A stretch of 62,000 bases of DNA, taken from contig MU058423.1 of NCBI GenBank assembly GCA_013265495.1, positions 1,749,061 through 1,811,060 on the forward strand. The letters are read 5' to 3'. The notes beneath the pieces were generated by a model. It made no database searches and was not told where the DNA came from. It saw nothing but the letters and a program-made list of their open reading frames with translations. A program made the translations under genes and the position numbers. The stretch comes from Vicugna vicugna. Its lineage: Eukaryota. Positions 25,677 through 37,070 of the stretch are shown here, piece by piece. How positions within the stretch are numbered: position 1 is the first letter of the stretch; each line of letters begins with the position of its first letter.

Positions 25677-26970
25677 TTGAACCCTAGTAACATACTCACA
25701 GCTCAATGGAACTAATGCAGATATTGCATAATAGCCTGCATTGTAGTCAGTGTGTTCTACAGTGTGTATCTGGTTCTGCATGGAAAGCAATAGTTGTGCA
25801 AGTGACTTTTGATCTTTTGATTTTTGATTTAGAACACAGAATACCTATCCATGGCTTTCATGCAAATCTTCATCACTGGCTTAGGGGTTTCCAAAGATGG
25901 GAGTCATGTATGGAGCCAGGATTTCAGAAGGACACATTGAGGCCACCTCATAACAAACACAGCAGCCACCACATCAGTGTCACCTTTCCTTCCTAGTGAA
26001 ATGCACACAGCATCCAGGAGATGCACCCCGGCCTGCCCTCACCCCCTACCCCACCACCCCATTCGGGCCTACCTCCCTCTTCCCAGAATGAAATCACGGT
26101 GGCTTAGCTTTAAAGTTCTGGTAATCATTTGAAAGGTCATTCCCATTTTTGCATCGAAAAGAACACACAGTCCTGTGTGTTGGAATTACTTTCTGTGTCA
26201 CAGGCTGGGGTTTGTGAATTGCAGTTGCCAAGTAGATGCTCCGGAGGCTGTGTTTCATAACTGAAAATGCTGCATTTGGTTTTTTCTCTGCAGTGTCGAT
26301 GTGAGGGAAACCCAGGGGGAGGGACCACTAGGATGACCGAATGTGAGTTGTCAAGTTTCACCTCTGCTCCCTTAGGCCTACGGGGAGACGCTGACAAACC
26401 AAGGGTTCTCCCAGCTTCAGATTTCACCATTTTCGCAGGCTTCAGGGTCACAAAAACATGTCTGATTTCTTCATTACACTGGAGTTTGCAGGCATTTGCT
26501 TTCCTAGTGCTGTGGCCCAGCTACATTGACACTGCAGTGAAATTTACCAGTGATGCGATAGAGCTGCATGGGTGTTTGTTGCATGAATCTCAATATTTAA
26601 AACACAGGAGATAACCTATTTTCTTAGTAGCCTACATGGTATTCATATTTAGAATATTAATAGCCTAGGAATGGCATTGAACTAGGGTATTTTTTTTCCC
26701 ATCAGAAGACAAAAGCCCTCCATCAGGAAAAAACAAAATAGACTGTTTGGAATGGGGAACCCAAACTTCCGGCCCTCCAGCCCACTCCATCCCTGTTCTT
26801 CCAAATGGGGGCTCAGACCTCTGCAAAGCCGGAGAGTGAGCAGGGAAAGTAGTGTCTAAACGCCTCACATGACTGCACCTTAGGAATTAACCTAGTCATG
26901 GGCATGACTGTGCAGCTGACCAGGGCATCTAGTCCTGAGGACAGGTGGATCTGTGGATCCAGTGTATATA

Positions 26971-26976
26971 AATAAA
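26971..26976 (+). terminator. KCNA2: Candidate proximal poly(A) signal
   Basis: AATAAA directly preceded by TGTATATA. Confidence 0.35.
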
Positions 26977-27107
26977 TATCGAGTATCTCTTTCACGAGTT
27001 CCTCTACCTAGCTAGCTATAGAAAAAATTGCATTTAAATCTTGTATAAGCTTATGCAATATTTTTGACACAGGGCAATATATGCATGTCTTTGACTATGT
27101 GCACTTG

Positions 27108-27202
27108 AGTGTATATACACACACATATATATTTATATATACATATATACATACATACGTGTGTATATGTATATATGCACACACACGCACACAGACGTAT
27201 AT
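27108..27202. repeat. Compound (TA)/(CA)/(TG) microsatellite
   Basis: gtgtatatacacacacatatatatttatatatacatatatacatacatacgtgtgtatatgtatatatgcacacacacgcacacag. Confidence 0.85.
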
Positions 27203-27560
27203 AGTCATTCTCTGGAGTTCAGGTTCAGGAGCAAATCCACTGCTTGGTGGGTTGGTTGTCTCAGAGGCCTAATGGGTTCATCTGTCTCACTGGTAACCCC
27301 ACTGGGCCTGGGTTTGCTGCCATTGCCTCAGACACTCCAGTCTTCGTGGATTCTTCGATGTGAGAATTGTCTCTCTGCCCTCCATGTGCTGCAGCTTCAG
27401 TTTCCCATGGCTGAAGCTTGTCTCTCCTAGTGCACAAGGGCCCCAGGCCCTCACAGCTCCAGCTGTCCTGGGCCAGACCCACCCCAGGCCTCCTCACCAC
27501 AGCCCATCATGTTTGTCATCTCCATTCTCATCTCTTCCCACCCCGTTTGGTTTTTATTTA

Positions 27561-27660
27561 AGACATAGAATGTACTTACCAATATAGAACATACACGAGA
27601 GACCTACATAAACCCTGTACAAAGACACAACCTGCAACTCAGATACAGAATGCACAAAAA
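27561..27660 (+). repeat. Dispersed direct repeat, copy 1 (copy 2 at 28591-28681)
   Basis: Shares an exact 29-mer accctgtacaaagacacaacctgcaactc (27612-27640 and 28633-28661) and aligns on both sides of it. Confidence 0.9.
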
Positions 27661-28590
27661 TGACGTGGTGGTGGGGCTCTGCCTCGGTCACGTTCAAGGA
27701 CCTTTCCCTAAAGACCCAGAGTGGATCACCTTCTTTGAAGGACACTGAGGAGGAGGGCTCCTGGGGACCCAGTTTTGCAGGTCTGGATGTAAAGGGAGCC
27801 TCCTCCATGTGGAAATGTCTTAAGTCAGGACCAAGGGATGGAGTCCCTAGTTGATCTACAGGTATCGTTTTGATTGCGGGGTTCAAACTCTCTCTCCATT
27901 AAACTGGCAACCAGAGCTGCTTAAAGAAACCAAAGGCTGGGTGAAGAATCGCCCCTCACCCCCAGAACAGGCTGAGAATGAACGAGCACTGCACGGCCCA
28001 AAGGGAGAGTGCTGGCTGACTGTGGAATGGGTAGAGGTGGGGAGACTTTTGACTCCCAAACTGACCTTACTTGTCTTTTGACAGAACAGCTTAAATTTCC
28101 CAAACACAGTGAATTGTGTGGCTCCAACCCTGGCCTCACTGTTGGCTGCTTAGCACCTACAGTTACCTTGGGGGGGTGGGGCGCCAGCCCAGGGTGCTCA
28201 CTAGTTCCTGGTTACCCACACCCCCAGGGGTCTGCCAGCACAGAGCCCCTCTGCTTCTCTTCCTCTCCTTCATGGGAGATGGCGCTGCATTTCCAAGACC
28301 TGGGATGGAGGGACGCAGACCCTGGGAAAACAGGTGGTAAAACAGCCCATCATTAAGGCCTAGGTTGGGGGTAGATATTTTACCCCGGTGTCCTTGACCT
28401 GGGCTGTAAGACGTTCACCCACACAGGCGCACAGGCATGCGTACCCACCACAACAAAGATCTACACTGCTGCCATACACAAATCCAAAACACGCACCACA
28501 CATGCAAAATACATAGAGACCAAATTGATGAAAAGAGCATACACAGAAGATACATGGTTATACCTACATCCAAAATATAACACTCAACAC

Positions 28591-28681
28591 AGACATGGAA
28601 TGCACTTGCCAATACAGAACAGACACAGATACACCCTGTACAAAGACACAACCTGCAACTCGGATGCAAAATGCACAAAAA
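28591..28681 (+). repeat. Dispersed direct repeat, copy 2
   Basis: agacatggaatgcacttgccaatacagaacagacac...accctgtacaaagacacaacctgcaactcggatgcaaaatgcacaaaaa aligns with 27561-27660 with a 9-nt length difference. Confidence 0.9.
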
Positions 28682-30958
28682 CTACGTGGACAAATGGGTA
28701 CCCATATAGAATACGCATACAAAGGATATCTTACTATTGTTTATGCACACAAAATACACTCAAACTCGGTTTAGACATACAATGCTTTTTCTCATATTAG
28801 GCCCACAAAATACAGCACACACATCCAAGAACATACACACGTAACACACGTGAAATGTTACATATATCAGATCTATTGCTCTGCCCCATCGCTATAAATT
28901 AATAGGCATAAACAAAAGATCAGATTTAATCACCTTTACCTAGCCTGAGTTAATACCCCTCAATATGCATCAAGAAATCTCTTCCTCTAGTCTCTTCTCT
29001 CCCTCTTACCCCCAGATTTCAGAAAAAGAACCCGCAAGTTTTAAAGCAGAAAGATGGGCCGGTATTGTCAAGCAGATCTCTGATTAAGACCAGGAATCTC
29101 ATGGGTGTCTACCTATTCACCTTCCTCCAACCAGAAAGCCAGATGCCGAGTGTAGAAGGACCTGGTCCATTGATATACACCATTGGGCCAGCCGATGGCC
29201 CATTAATATACACCTCCTTGCCATGTCCTTTACTTCAAGGCAAGTCCATGTAGACAACCCAGTGGCCCCAGCTCCCCTGCTCCCAACCCCTGGGATCTCT
29301 GGTTTCAGCACCGTTCTCTTGAAAGCTGTGATGGCTCGAGGAACTGCAGAGTCCTGGGCCCAGGACCAGAGTGAAGATGCCCCCAACATTCTCTCAGTCC
29401 ACAGACGTCATTACCCTTCCATCCCAGATGACTTTGTCAGGGGCTCAGTCACAGAGTCTGGACCATATAAAGACTTGTCTCTTAAAATGAGTCACCTCTT
29501 CTCACTTGTGGCATCTCACTTGCTCTTGGGCATAGGCCCAGTGGGGTCAACTCCTGAGTCCCCTCTATGAGTGTGCCATCCCAGGCACACTCCTCCCCGC
29601 TGCCGGGGCTCCGCCTGGATGCCCTGCTTCCCAGCCAGTGGTTGCGCCTTGAGGAAACACACACCAATTCGGCTTCAGTAAAACATGACGATGGACAAAA
29701 GCCTAACGTGAAACAAGCAAACAACATTTTTTTAGACAGCCTGATTTTTAGCCTATATTGTAAGGCCAGATTTACATAAGACGACACACTGTTTTGGATG
29801 ACCCCCAGAGCTGACTCCTCCCACTAGGGGACTGGCTGAGAGCTGGATGCATTTTGGCAAAGGTTCCCCTCAAATGGAAGTGGGGGGTTGAAGTCAGATG
29901 TAGGATCAGGCATCAGGGTCTCCACTTCTTTGCCCGTCCCGGATGTGTCCCACTCTTCCCTCCTAAAGGTGGTCGCAGCTCCCAGTCTCCAAGGAGGAGG
30001 CAGCACTAGCGGGGAATAGATGTGTGGGGTCAAACCTGCCCATTTAGCACAGCATGCTGGGCCTTTAGAGGGTTTTCGAGTCAAGACACCAATAGGTGCC
30101 TCAGTGGGCTCAAACTTTCAAGAGAGTTGGAGTTTTCTAAACAGAAAGAGGTCCAGGAAAGGTGGGGAGGTCGTCAGGAAGACAAGGTACCTGAGCTGGA
30201 CAGATTTCAGAGTCAACTTTCCAGGAGCTAGAATTTAGTTAATGTTCAGGCCCTGTGCTTTCAGAAGTTTCTGTGGTCTTTGACACACTCTTCCTTCCTC
30301 TCAGCTGGGCCTCTGAGGATGGAGTAGGCATGTCACCAGGAGGTTAGCCTTGAAAGGGGCCTCCGACCCTGGGAGTGTGCCTCCAGACTCCACTGGCCTG
30401 GTGTAGAAAAGGTTTCCGTGAGAGCTGTGTTGGCCTGAGCCTCCCGCCTGAGTGCTCACGTGGCCACCCCGTGTGCGAAGGGCTGCAGGACTAGCTTGTC
30501 CTGTCTGCTCTTCCTGGACCTCTCACTCCATTGTAGTGAGGTCTTTGGCCAACTTCCTTACTCATGGTCAGCCATAAAATAGCAGTGCCAAGCCGTGATG
30601 AGAGAGGGCATGCTGGGGCTTCAGCACTGCCTGCAGTAGTGGAGAGGAGAGGTGGAGGCTGACTTTCCCCAAAAGAAACTATAAGACAGTTTGCAAATTG
30701 CATATGGCAGTGGCACCAATCTCCCACCCAACCCCATGGCAGGTGGGAGGAGCACACTGCTCTGTCTAAAGACCCCTGTTTACCCAGGAGTGGGGATGGT
30801 GGCCCCACTCCAGCTCTGGTTCTCCTGGGACCCATGAGAGCCTCCATCTGGGCAATGGCTGCCTGGTCTGAGAGGGCCGGTCCACATAGGCTGTAATGTC
30901 CAGGGTGCTCTTCAGTTACACAATGGAGGCTCCCCCAGCCTTGGCAAAGTGTCCATTG

Positions 30959-31018
30959 CCAGGTTCAAACCCATGACCTTAACCTCATTAACATCATTAG
31001 CCACCTGAGCCAACCAGC
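30959..31018 (-). mobile_element. Ancient tRNA-Ile-like SINE head (MamSINE1-like)
   Basis: Reverse complement GCTGGTTGGCTCAGGTGGCTA-ATGATGTTAATGAGGTTAAGGTCATGGGTTTGAACC aligns with the tRNA-Ile(AAT)/MamSINE1 head as I recall it, with a gap of about 4 nt. Confidence 0.55.
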
Positions 31019-31274
31019 GGAGCACTGGAGGCTGGGAGGTGTCCAGATGGCTAGTGTGACCATCATCTAGATCCTCAGACTTGGCCTTTGTTCAGACCAG
31101 CCCTTTCTCTCATCAAAGCAGCAAGTCAGGACAGGTGGAGATGAGGGATCAGCGGCAAGCAGGGGTGGGTCTCCTCATCAAACGAATCTAGTTCACTTTT
31201 CCCTTCTTTCTGCTTCCCTTCCCACCAAAGTTCGGCTCCATCTCTCATAGTTTATTTTTAAAGAGGAAAAGTGC

Positions 31275-31285
31275 AATAAAATAAA
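31275..31285 (+). terminator. KCNA2: Candidate intermediate poly(A) signal
   Basis: Overlapping AATAAAATAAA with U-rich upstream (tttattttta) and downstream (gtgactgttttcttt) sequence. Confidence 0.45.
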
Positions 31286-32242
31286 TAGTGACTGTTTTCT
31301 TTAGCAATAGCTATTTCAAAACCTTGTTCTCAGGACTGAAAAGTGATAGTACCCGGATTCTCAGATAATGTCCTTGGCTTCTGGGCATTAGTTCACTGTC
31401 TCTGTTCCCTCTTCTTCCCACGTGGTCACGTGACTCCTGCCCCCCTCTCCCTGACTCTGCCCCTGCTTTGGAATGTAGACATACACAGGTGCCACGGTCT
31501 GCACAAGGAAGGTCCATGAGAAGGCTTCCTTCGTCACCCTGACTCGTCCCCGTGTGCACCTCTGTCTCTGTGTGCATCGCCGTCCCTCTCCCGCTCCCTT
31601 AAGCCAGCCCTCACGTGGCATTGTCACAACCTCTAGGCACTGAAACCTTGAGTTTGAGTGACCTCACACCAGCCCATCTCGTTGACTTTCAGTCAGACCG
31701 GCAGGGTGTAATGGAAGCCCACAGGAAAGCGCTTACCGATAGATAAGAATGAAGCATCCTGAGCCATTACGGAAGATCATTTCCATGCACTCAAAGCCAT
31801 TACTTGATCCATTTGTTTCCCTTCCTCCCCTCCCTGGGAGATGGATGCTGGGGGAAGGTTGCCTGGAGGTTTGCACCTGGAATGTGTAGCCTGGGCAGAT
31901 TTGGGGAGTTGCCCTCTGGCTGTCCTTCAAAATAAGCTGACCTGCTTAACCAAAGGCACTCCAGGAGAGCTATGGAGGGAAGCAAGTGTTTGCAGGTGGA
32001 GATCTACAGGGACAGAAGTCTGGGTGGTTAGGGCATAACGTTAGTGAAACAAAGAGCCCACCACCCACTACAGTGTACATTTGCACAATATTTGCACACG
32101 TAACTGGGGACTTCAGAAGAGCCTCCTTTCCTGAAAAAAATCTATGAGGTTAAATTTTCAAACTGGACAATCAGGGAAGGCTGGCAGCTCCAGGGTCCCA
32201 TTCCATTCCTTTTCAATCTACCTTGCTCTATACACGTGTATA

Positions 32243-32692
32243 CAGCAAAACCTCAGTTAACTGATGGGGAAATCCTCAGGGAAGGGAGTGTCCAGATTGC
32301 TTTATAATTATGGTTTTGGGGGTGGGACTGGGAAAACATGTTTTGGTTCAACTTTTATTATTGGGGGGGAAAAAACTTTCCTAAGTAGGTTAGTATAAAC
32401 TTTCCTGCCTTAGTAAGTAGAATGTATGAAGACGACAGAAGACCTTGCACCGCTCAGGGTCAACATTCTCAACCTCAGCGCTCATTGTACAGAAGTGTAG
32501 GGGGAAGAGACCAAAGAAACAGGCTGAATGGGTGTTGACTGCCAGGCATACCTGGAATTTGGCCATTTGGGCTCATCAGATAATGCCCTTGCTATTGTTT
32601 GCCTCTTTCTACTGAAAGCATAGTTAAGAAAACACAATTCTTATTAGTCGAGGTTTTGGTTAATTGGTCCTGAGTAATCAGAGGTTTTCCAT
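32243..32692. mobile_element. Possible ancient TcMar-Tigger-type MITE
   Basis: Left end TA-CAGCAAAACCTCAGTTAAC and right end GTAATCAGAGGTTTTCCA-TA are imperfect inverted termini bounded by TA. Confidence 0.4.
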
Positions 32693-35373
32693 ATATACAT
32701 ATATCTGTGTGTATATATATGTATAGTATATGTATATATGTATACCATTGTTTCCAAAATTATATACAGTGGCCGCTCCCCTTAGCTTCACTAATGTGGA
32801 ATACATTTGGCAATCCAAGAAAGAAACTGCATTTCTTTGAATTTTTTAAATGACCTTCCTTTATAATCTTACCATCATCTCTCCAGGTCAGCTTTGTCTC
32901 CCACGTAGGGAACCTCTCTAGAAGGTAGTTCTTTCGTAACAAAAGATCAGGCTCCAGGATCTTTCCCTTCCCTCCCAGGTGGCTGCCTGACTCAGGGATA
33001 AAAGGGAAGTCTGATCTAAGGGCCAGGTGCTTTATCCTCTTTTCTGTCTGCCCTGACTGGCGGTAACCTCATCACTGAGGACCAGAAAAGTTACTCCAAA
33101 CTTGGTAGCTCTTGGGGAGTGGAAACCTCGAAGACATGGCAAAGGACTGCTCTGTTGAGCTCTCTCTTTGCCCTTGGTGCCCTAGGCTTGAATTTCATGA
33201 GATCTGAAAGTAACATTTTTAATGAGTGCTAAAGCATGTCTCTGCCCAGTGGAAGGTGAGATGTGCAGCAACCAATGGAACTAACAAACCCATCCTGTAG
33301 TTGATTCTGACCAAATCTAGGTTGTGGGTGTAGGCAGCAGAGCACCTCTAATTCATTTGCCTCTTTGGAGAAACAGCTGGGTCGGAGCTGAACTGTGCTC
33401 CTGTTCCCCTTCTCATGGGCAGTGAGTTAGCACCATGGGAGATGGTTCCAGCGTCACCTCCTGCGTTTGACTGTGTGCACTGTATCTGGATGAGGTTGGG
33501 AGGGATTCCTCACTGGTAGCTGAGGCAATTGAGGTGGTGCAGGGGTGCTTGCCCTCTCCTGACACTTCCAGCAGCCCTCCAATCTGGTCAAACTGGCGGC
33601 AATCAGAGAGTCACAGCCCATAAACCAGACTTAGCACGACCAGCTGGTGAACCAGAGCAACTGAGGCAGCATGTCCGGATGGTCACTTGTTACACGGCAT
33701 GAGCCTCAGCGGGGAAATGGATATACCTTGCTGTGCTCCCCCTGCACTCCTAAAATAGTCAGATCTGTTCCAGATGAGTTTGCAGCTGAGAACTGCCTGC
33801 ATCATTCCACTGATGGATGCACAGGGCAGGTGTGATTACATAATAATGTGGACAGCTGCAGCAACATCTAGATAATCGAGGGTGGTGTAAGCACGGCTGT
33901 GTGCTAGGACCTTTGGTAGCTGCCCAGAGGACTCGGTCCTGTGTCTCTTCTCCATCCTCATGAGAGACCTGTAAGCCCTGCTTCTCCTTGAAAACGGTTC
34001 CCTGGACGCTGACTGTCTTGTTTGTGTGAGCGCACACACACTCCCGGCTGCTAGAGAAAGCAAGAGCAGGAGCTGGGAGGAAGAGGATATTGGGGGACTC
34101 GCTTTGCTCCCAAACAATGTCCATGTCAGCTGCTGCCACTCCTGTCCTGTCAGCTTGTGAAGGGGAGGGCGAGGTCTGTGACCTTCCAGGTAGGGCTGGG
34201 AAGGAGCGAGCAGCCGCAGGCTGAGAAGTGAGAGCAAAATAGCAGCGGGAAGGGCAGCCTGGCTGGTGAGCCTTTGGCGAGGGTGAGTGTCAACTCCGGA
34301 GGGTCTGAACATGCTCCGTGCTTGCCCCAGTTCTGCCTTCACGTGGGATCCAGCGACCCAGTTTCCTTCTGTCGTCGTGCTTGGATGATTCCTTCATTTG
34401 AAGCCCCAGGAGCTGGCAAGTCCCATGACCGTGCTCTAGCCCGCTGAGCACAGAATGCCCTGGCCAAACTGCCCTTTGACTGGGTTCCTGCATCCCTGCA
34501 CCCCTCGGTCCACTAAGGGTAATCTTGGAACAGTCAGGATTAGTGGTGCCAGCAATCAAGGAGGATCCTCCAGTTTTCATCAGGGACCCAGCTGTAATGC
34601 TCCCAAGTGCAGGATGCTATCTCCTTTTCTAGACCCGTGTGCTTGTGTGCTTATATAGGCTGTCTCTGGAGACTTTATATATGACACACAGATACATAAA
34701 ATGTGGAAGTGGCCGCTCACTTAGGCTGACGCAGCGGACTCAAGGGTTTGCACTGGCTTCCTTGCTGCTCAGGCATGGCTCCGTTGCTGCCTCCGTGTCC
34801 TAGCTCAAATGATTTCTGAAAACTCAAAGAGGAGAGGCAGATAAATAAGTCTCTGGGATCAATAGGAGAAGGAACTCCAAGGCTGATGGTAAAGCTTCGT
34901 AAGGATGATGCCGAAAGGGAACCGGGGTCTCCATGGCGATAAGAGGCTGGGGACCAATGGGAGCTGAAGGCGGAGCAGGACTTGTGGGGGAGACTCATGG
35001 GAGTTGGGAGTCATTTAACGCTTTGTTTGCTTCATGAAAATTTAGACACCAGCTGTAACTGCATTGCACAGGATATATAGGTATTATCATTCTTGCTGAC
35101 ATATTCTGGAAGCTTTCAGCCCCACTAACACTGCCCCGCCCAGGACTTCTGCAGCTGAGAGTTCCTGTGTCAGTAGGGTCTGATATCTGTACATAGATTA
35201 TACATATATGTGTACATACGTGCCTCAATGAACATTGCCTGTCCACCTGATCAGAGGTGTACATAGACTTCATAGAGCGCCACAGTCTTTTGTAAATATC
35301 AACACAAGTAAATAAGTATATAAATATATATTACTGAGGATTTATTTTAACATCATTCCGTGTGAAATGAAAA

Positions 35374-35383
35374 AATAAATAAA
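35374..35383 (+). terminator. KCNA2: Distal poly(A) signal of KCNA2
   Basis: AATAAATAAA (two overlapping AATAAA), four upstream TGTA motifs within 200 nt, and a downstream pyrimidine-rich tract. Confidence 0.65.
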
Positions 35384-36889
35384 ATTTTTGACAGACACTG
35401 ATCGTTTCCACCTTCTTTCTCGCCCTACTGGACTACCACCGCTCCGACATGCATGTGTGCTTGCCCAGCCCTCAGTCCGGTTTCTGCAGCCGTGAGGGCC
35501 CAGCCAGAGACCAGGGCAGGACAGGAGAGGGCTCTCCTGGACGCATCATGGATATCCCAGCCATGTGCCCACCTGCTCATCCTGAGAACGCAGCACAATG
35601 AAGGACATGGATGGGAGAGTCGGGGTGGGTCTGAGATCTCCTTCCGCACTGTATCAGTGCTTCTCATGTCTTCTGTGGAGCTGGGGGATGTGTGAAAACC
35701 AAAGGCAATCAGACTCCTGGGACTAACTGAACTCTAGCTGCACCCACATTTGCAGGCCCTGTTCTCAAACCCACCCCCACTTCTGCCCATTCCTGCCGGT
35801 GCCTTCCAAGAGGAAGGGCAAGCTTCTCCGGCCCTGCAGGGGCGCCTCCTTGGAGAAGATTCTGATATTCACACACTCACACCTTGCTGAGGCATTTCCA
35901 CCTGATTTCCTCGGAGGGCTATTCTCATCCATTGCTGGACCCCCCCCCCCCAGCATTCAGATGGCTCAAAAGTAGCCATGGTGAGGGGTGTGACAACAGA
36001 GAAGTCCTTGCCCTCAGACACCAGCAAACTCATCCGGCCCCCACCCTCCAGGTCACTCGCTAGTGATCTCTCATTATCCCCCTTCCTAGTCCGCCACACT
36101 CTGCCCAGAGAAACTGGCCAACTGAAGCAGCTGGTCCTCCCGCTCCACCCCGATCTCAACTCCAGAAAGCTCTGTTCTGGGCAGCAGGTACTGAGGAGAC
36201 AAGGGGGAGGGTAATAAAGAAATGAGAACCATGTGGAACAACGGCTGTCACTGGCACCCTTGCCCAGTGACCATTTCCTCCAGCATCGAGTGGGAGCATG
36301 AAGCCCCCAGAAGAGCTCTAGATCTCTGCAGAACAGCCCCAAGCAGACGAACAGTGCGGGGCTCCCTGCCCCCAAAGAAATGGGACATTGATCAGGCGCC
36401 AAAGGTTGATCTCTCCTGCTGGTTTCTCCTGTTGGACATGGAACTCCTGCCTCCAAGGGGCTGAGAGCTGGGAGCTGGGAGCTGGGAGAGTTTTGTCTGT
36501 CCCTGACTATTTAGATTTTGTTAGGGAAATACATCCGGGGTGGGATGGTGAGTGAAAGGGAGCTGGGATGTGTGGAAGTTACAATATCAAGGTTCCCATT
36601 CTTCTCGCCAAGTTGGGGCTGGGGACTCAGTTCGGGCATAGCCCAGCCCTCCACTCAAGCACACTGGGCCCTTGACTTCTTGGCCTGGGCCCTTGCCTTG
36701 GGCCCTCCCTAACACTGGGTGCTCTGCCCAGCTGGTTCCTCCCAATGAAGAGAGTTGCTTGGGGAAGTGTGGGTGTAAGGAGACAGCCCGTGTAGTCCCG
36801 GGGCCAACATTGTGGACTGGAGGAACGGAGCTTTGCTGGAACAACTGAGAAGCTAAATTAAGCCCAGAGAAAAAGGAAAGACTCTAGAG

Positions 36890-37070
36890 CCAAAGGCCTG
36901 GGTATGAATCCCAGCTCTGTGGTTCACCAGCTCTGAGACCCTGGGCATCCTGCATCCCTCTCCTTCCCCGACCCCCAGGTTCCTCATCTCTACAAAAGGA
37001 TCCCGATGCCTTCCTTATCTCGTGACAATTACGTGAGCTCCTGGCTCAATTAGGAGCCCAATAGCAATAG
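36890..37070 (+). mobile_element. MIR fragment
   Basis: ggcctgggtatgaatcccagctctgtggttcaccagctctgagaccctgggca...ggttcctcatctctacaaaagga. Confidence 0.65.

Larger units (their letters stand above)
25677..35400 (+). other. KCNA2: Probable long (about 9.7 kb) 3'UTR of KCNA2
   Basis: No coding signal, nearly free of MIR/L2/L1, and ends at overlapping AATAAA hexamers preceded by AU-rich sequence and multiple TGTA motifs. KCNA2 is known to have a very long 3'UTR. End is approximate. Confidence 0.65.
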
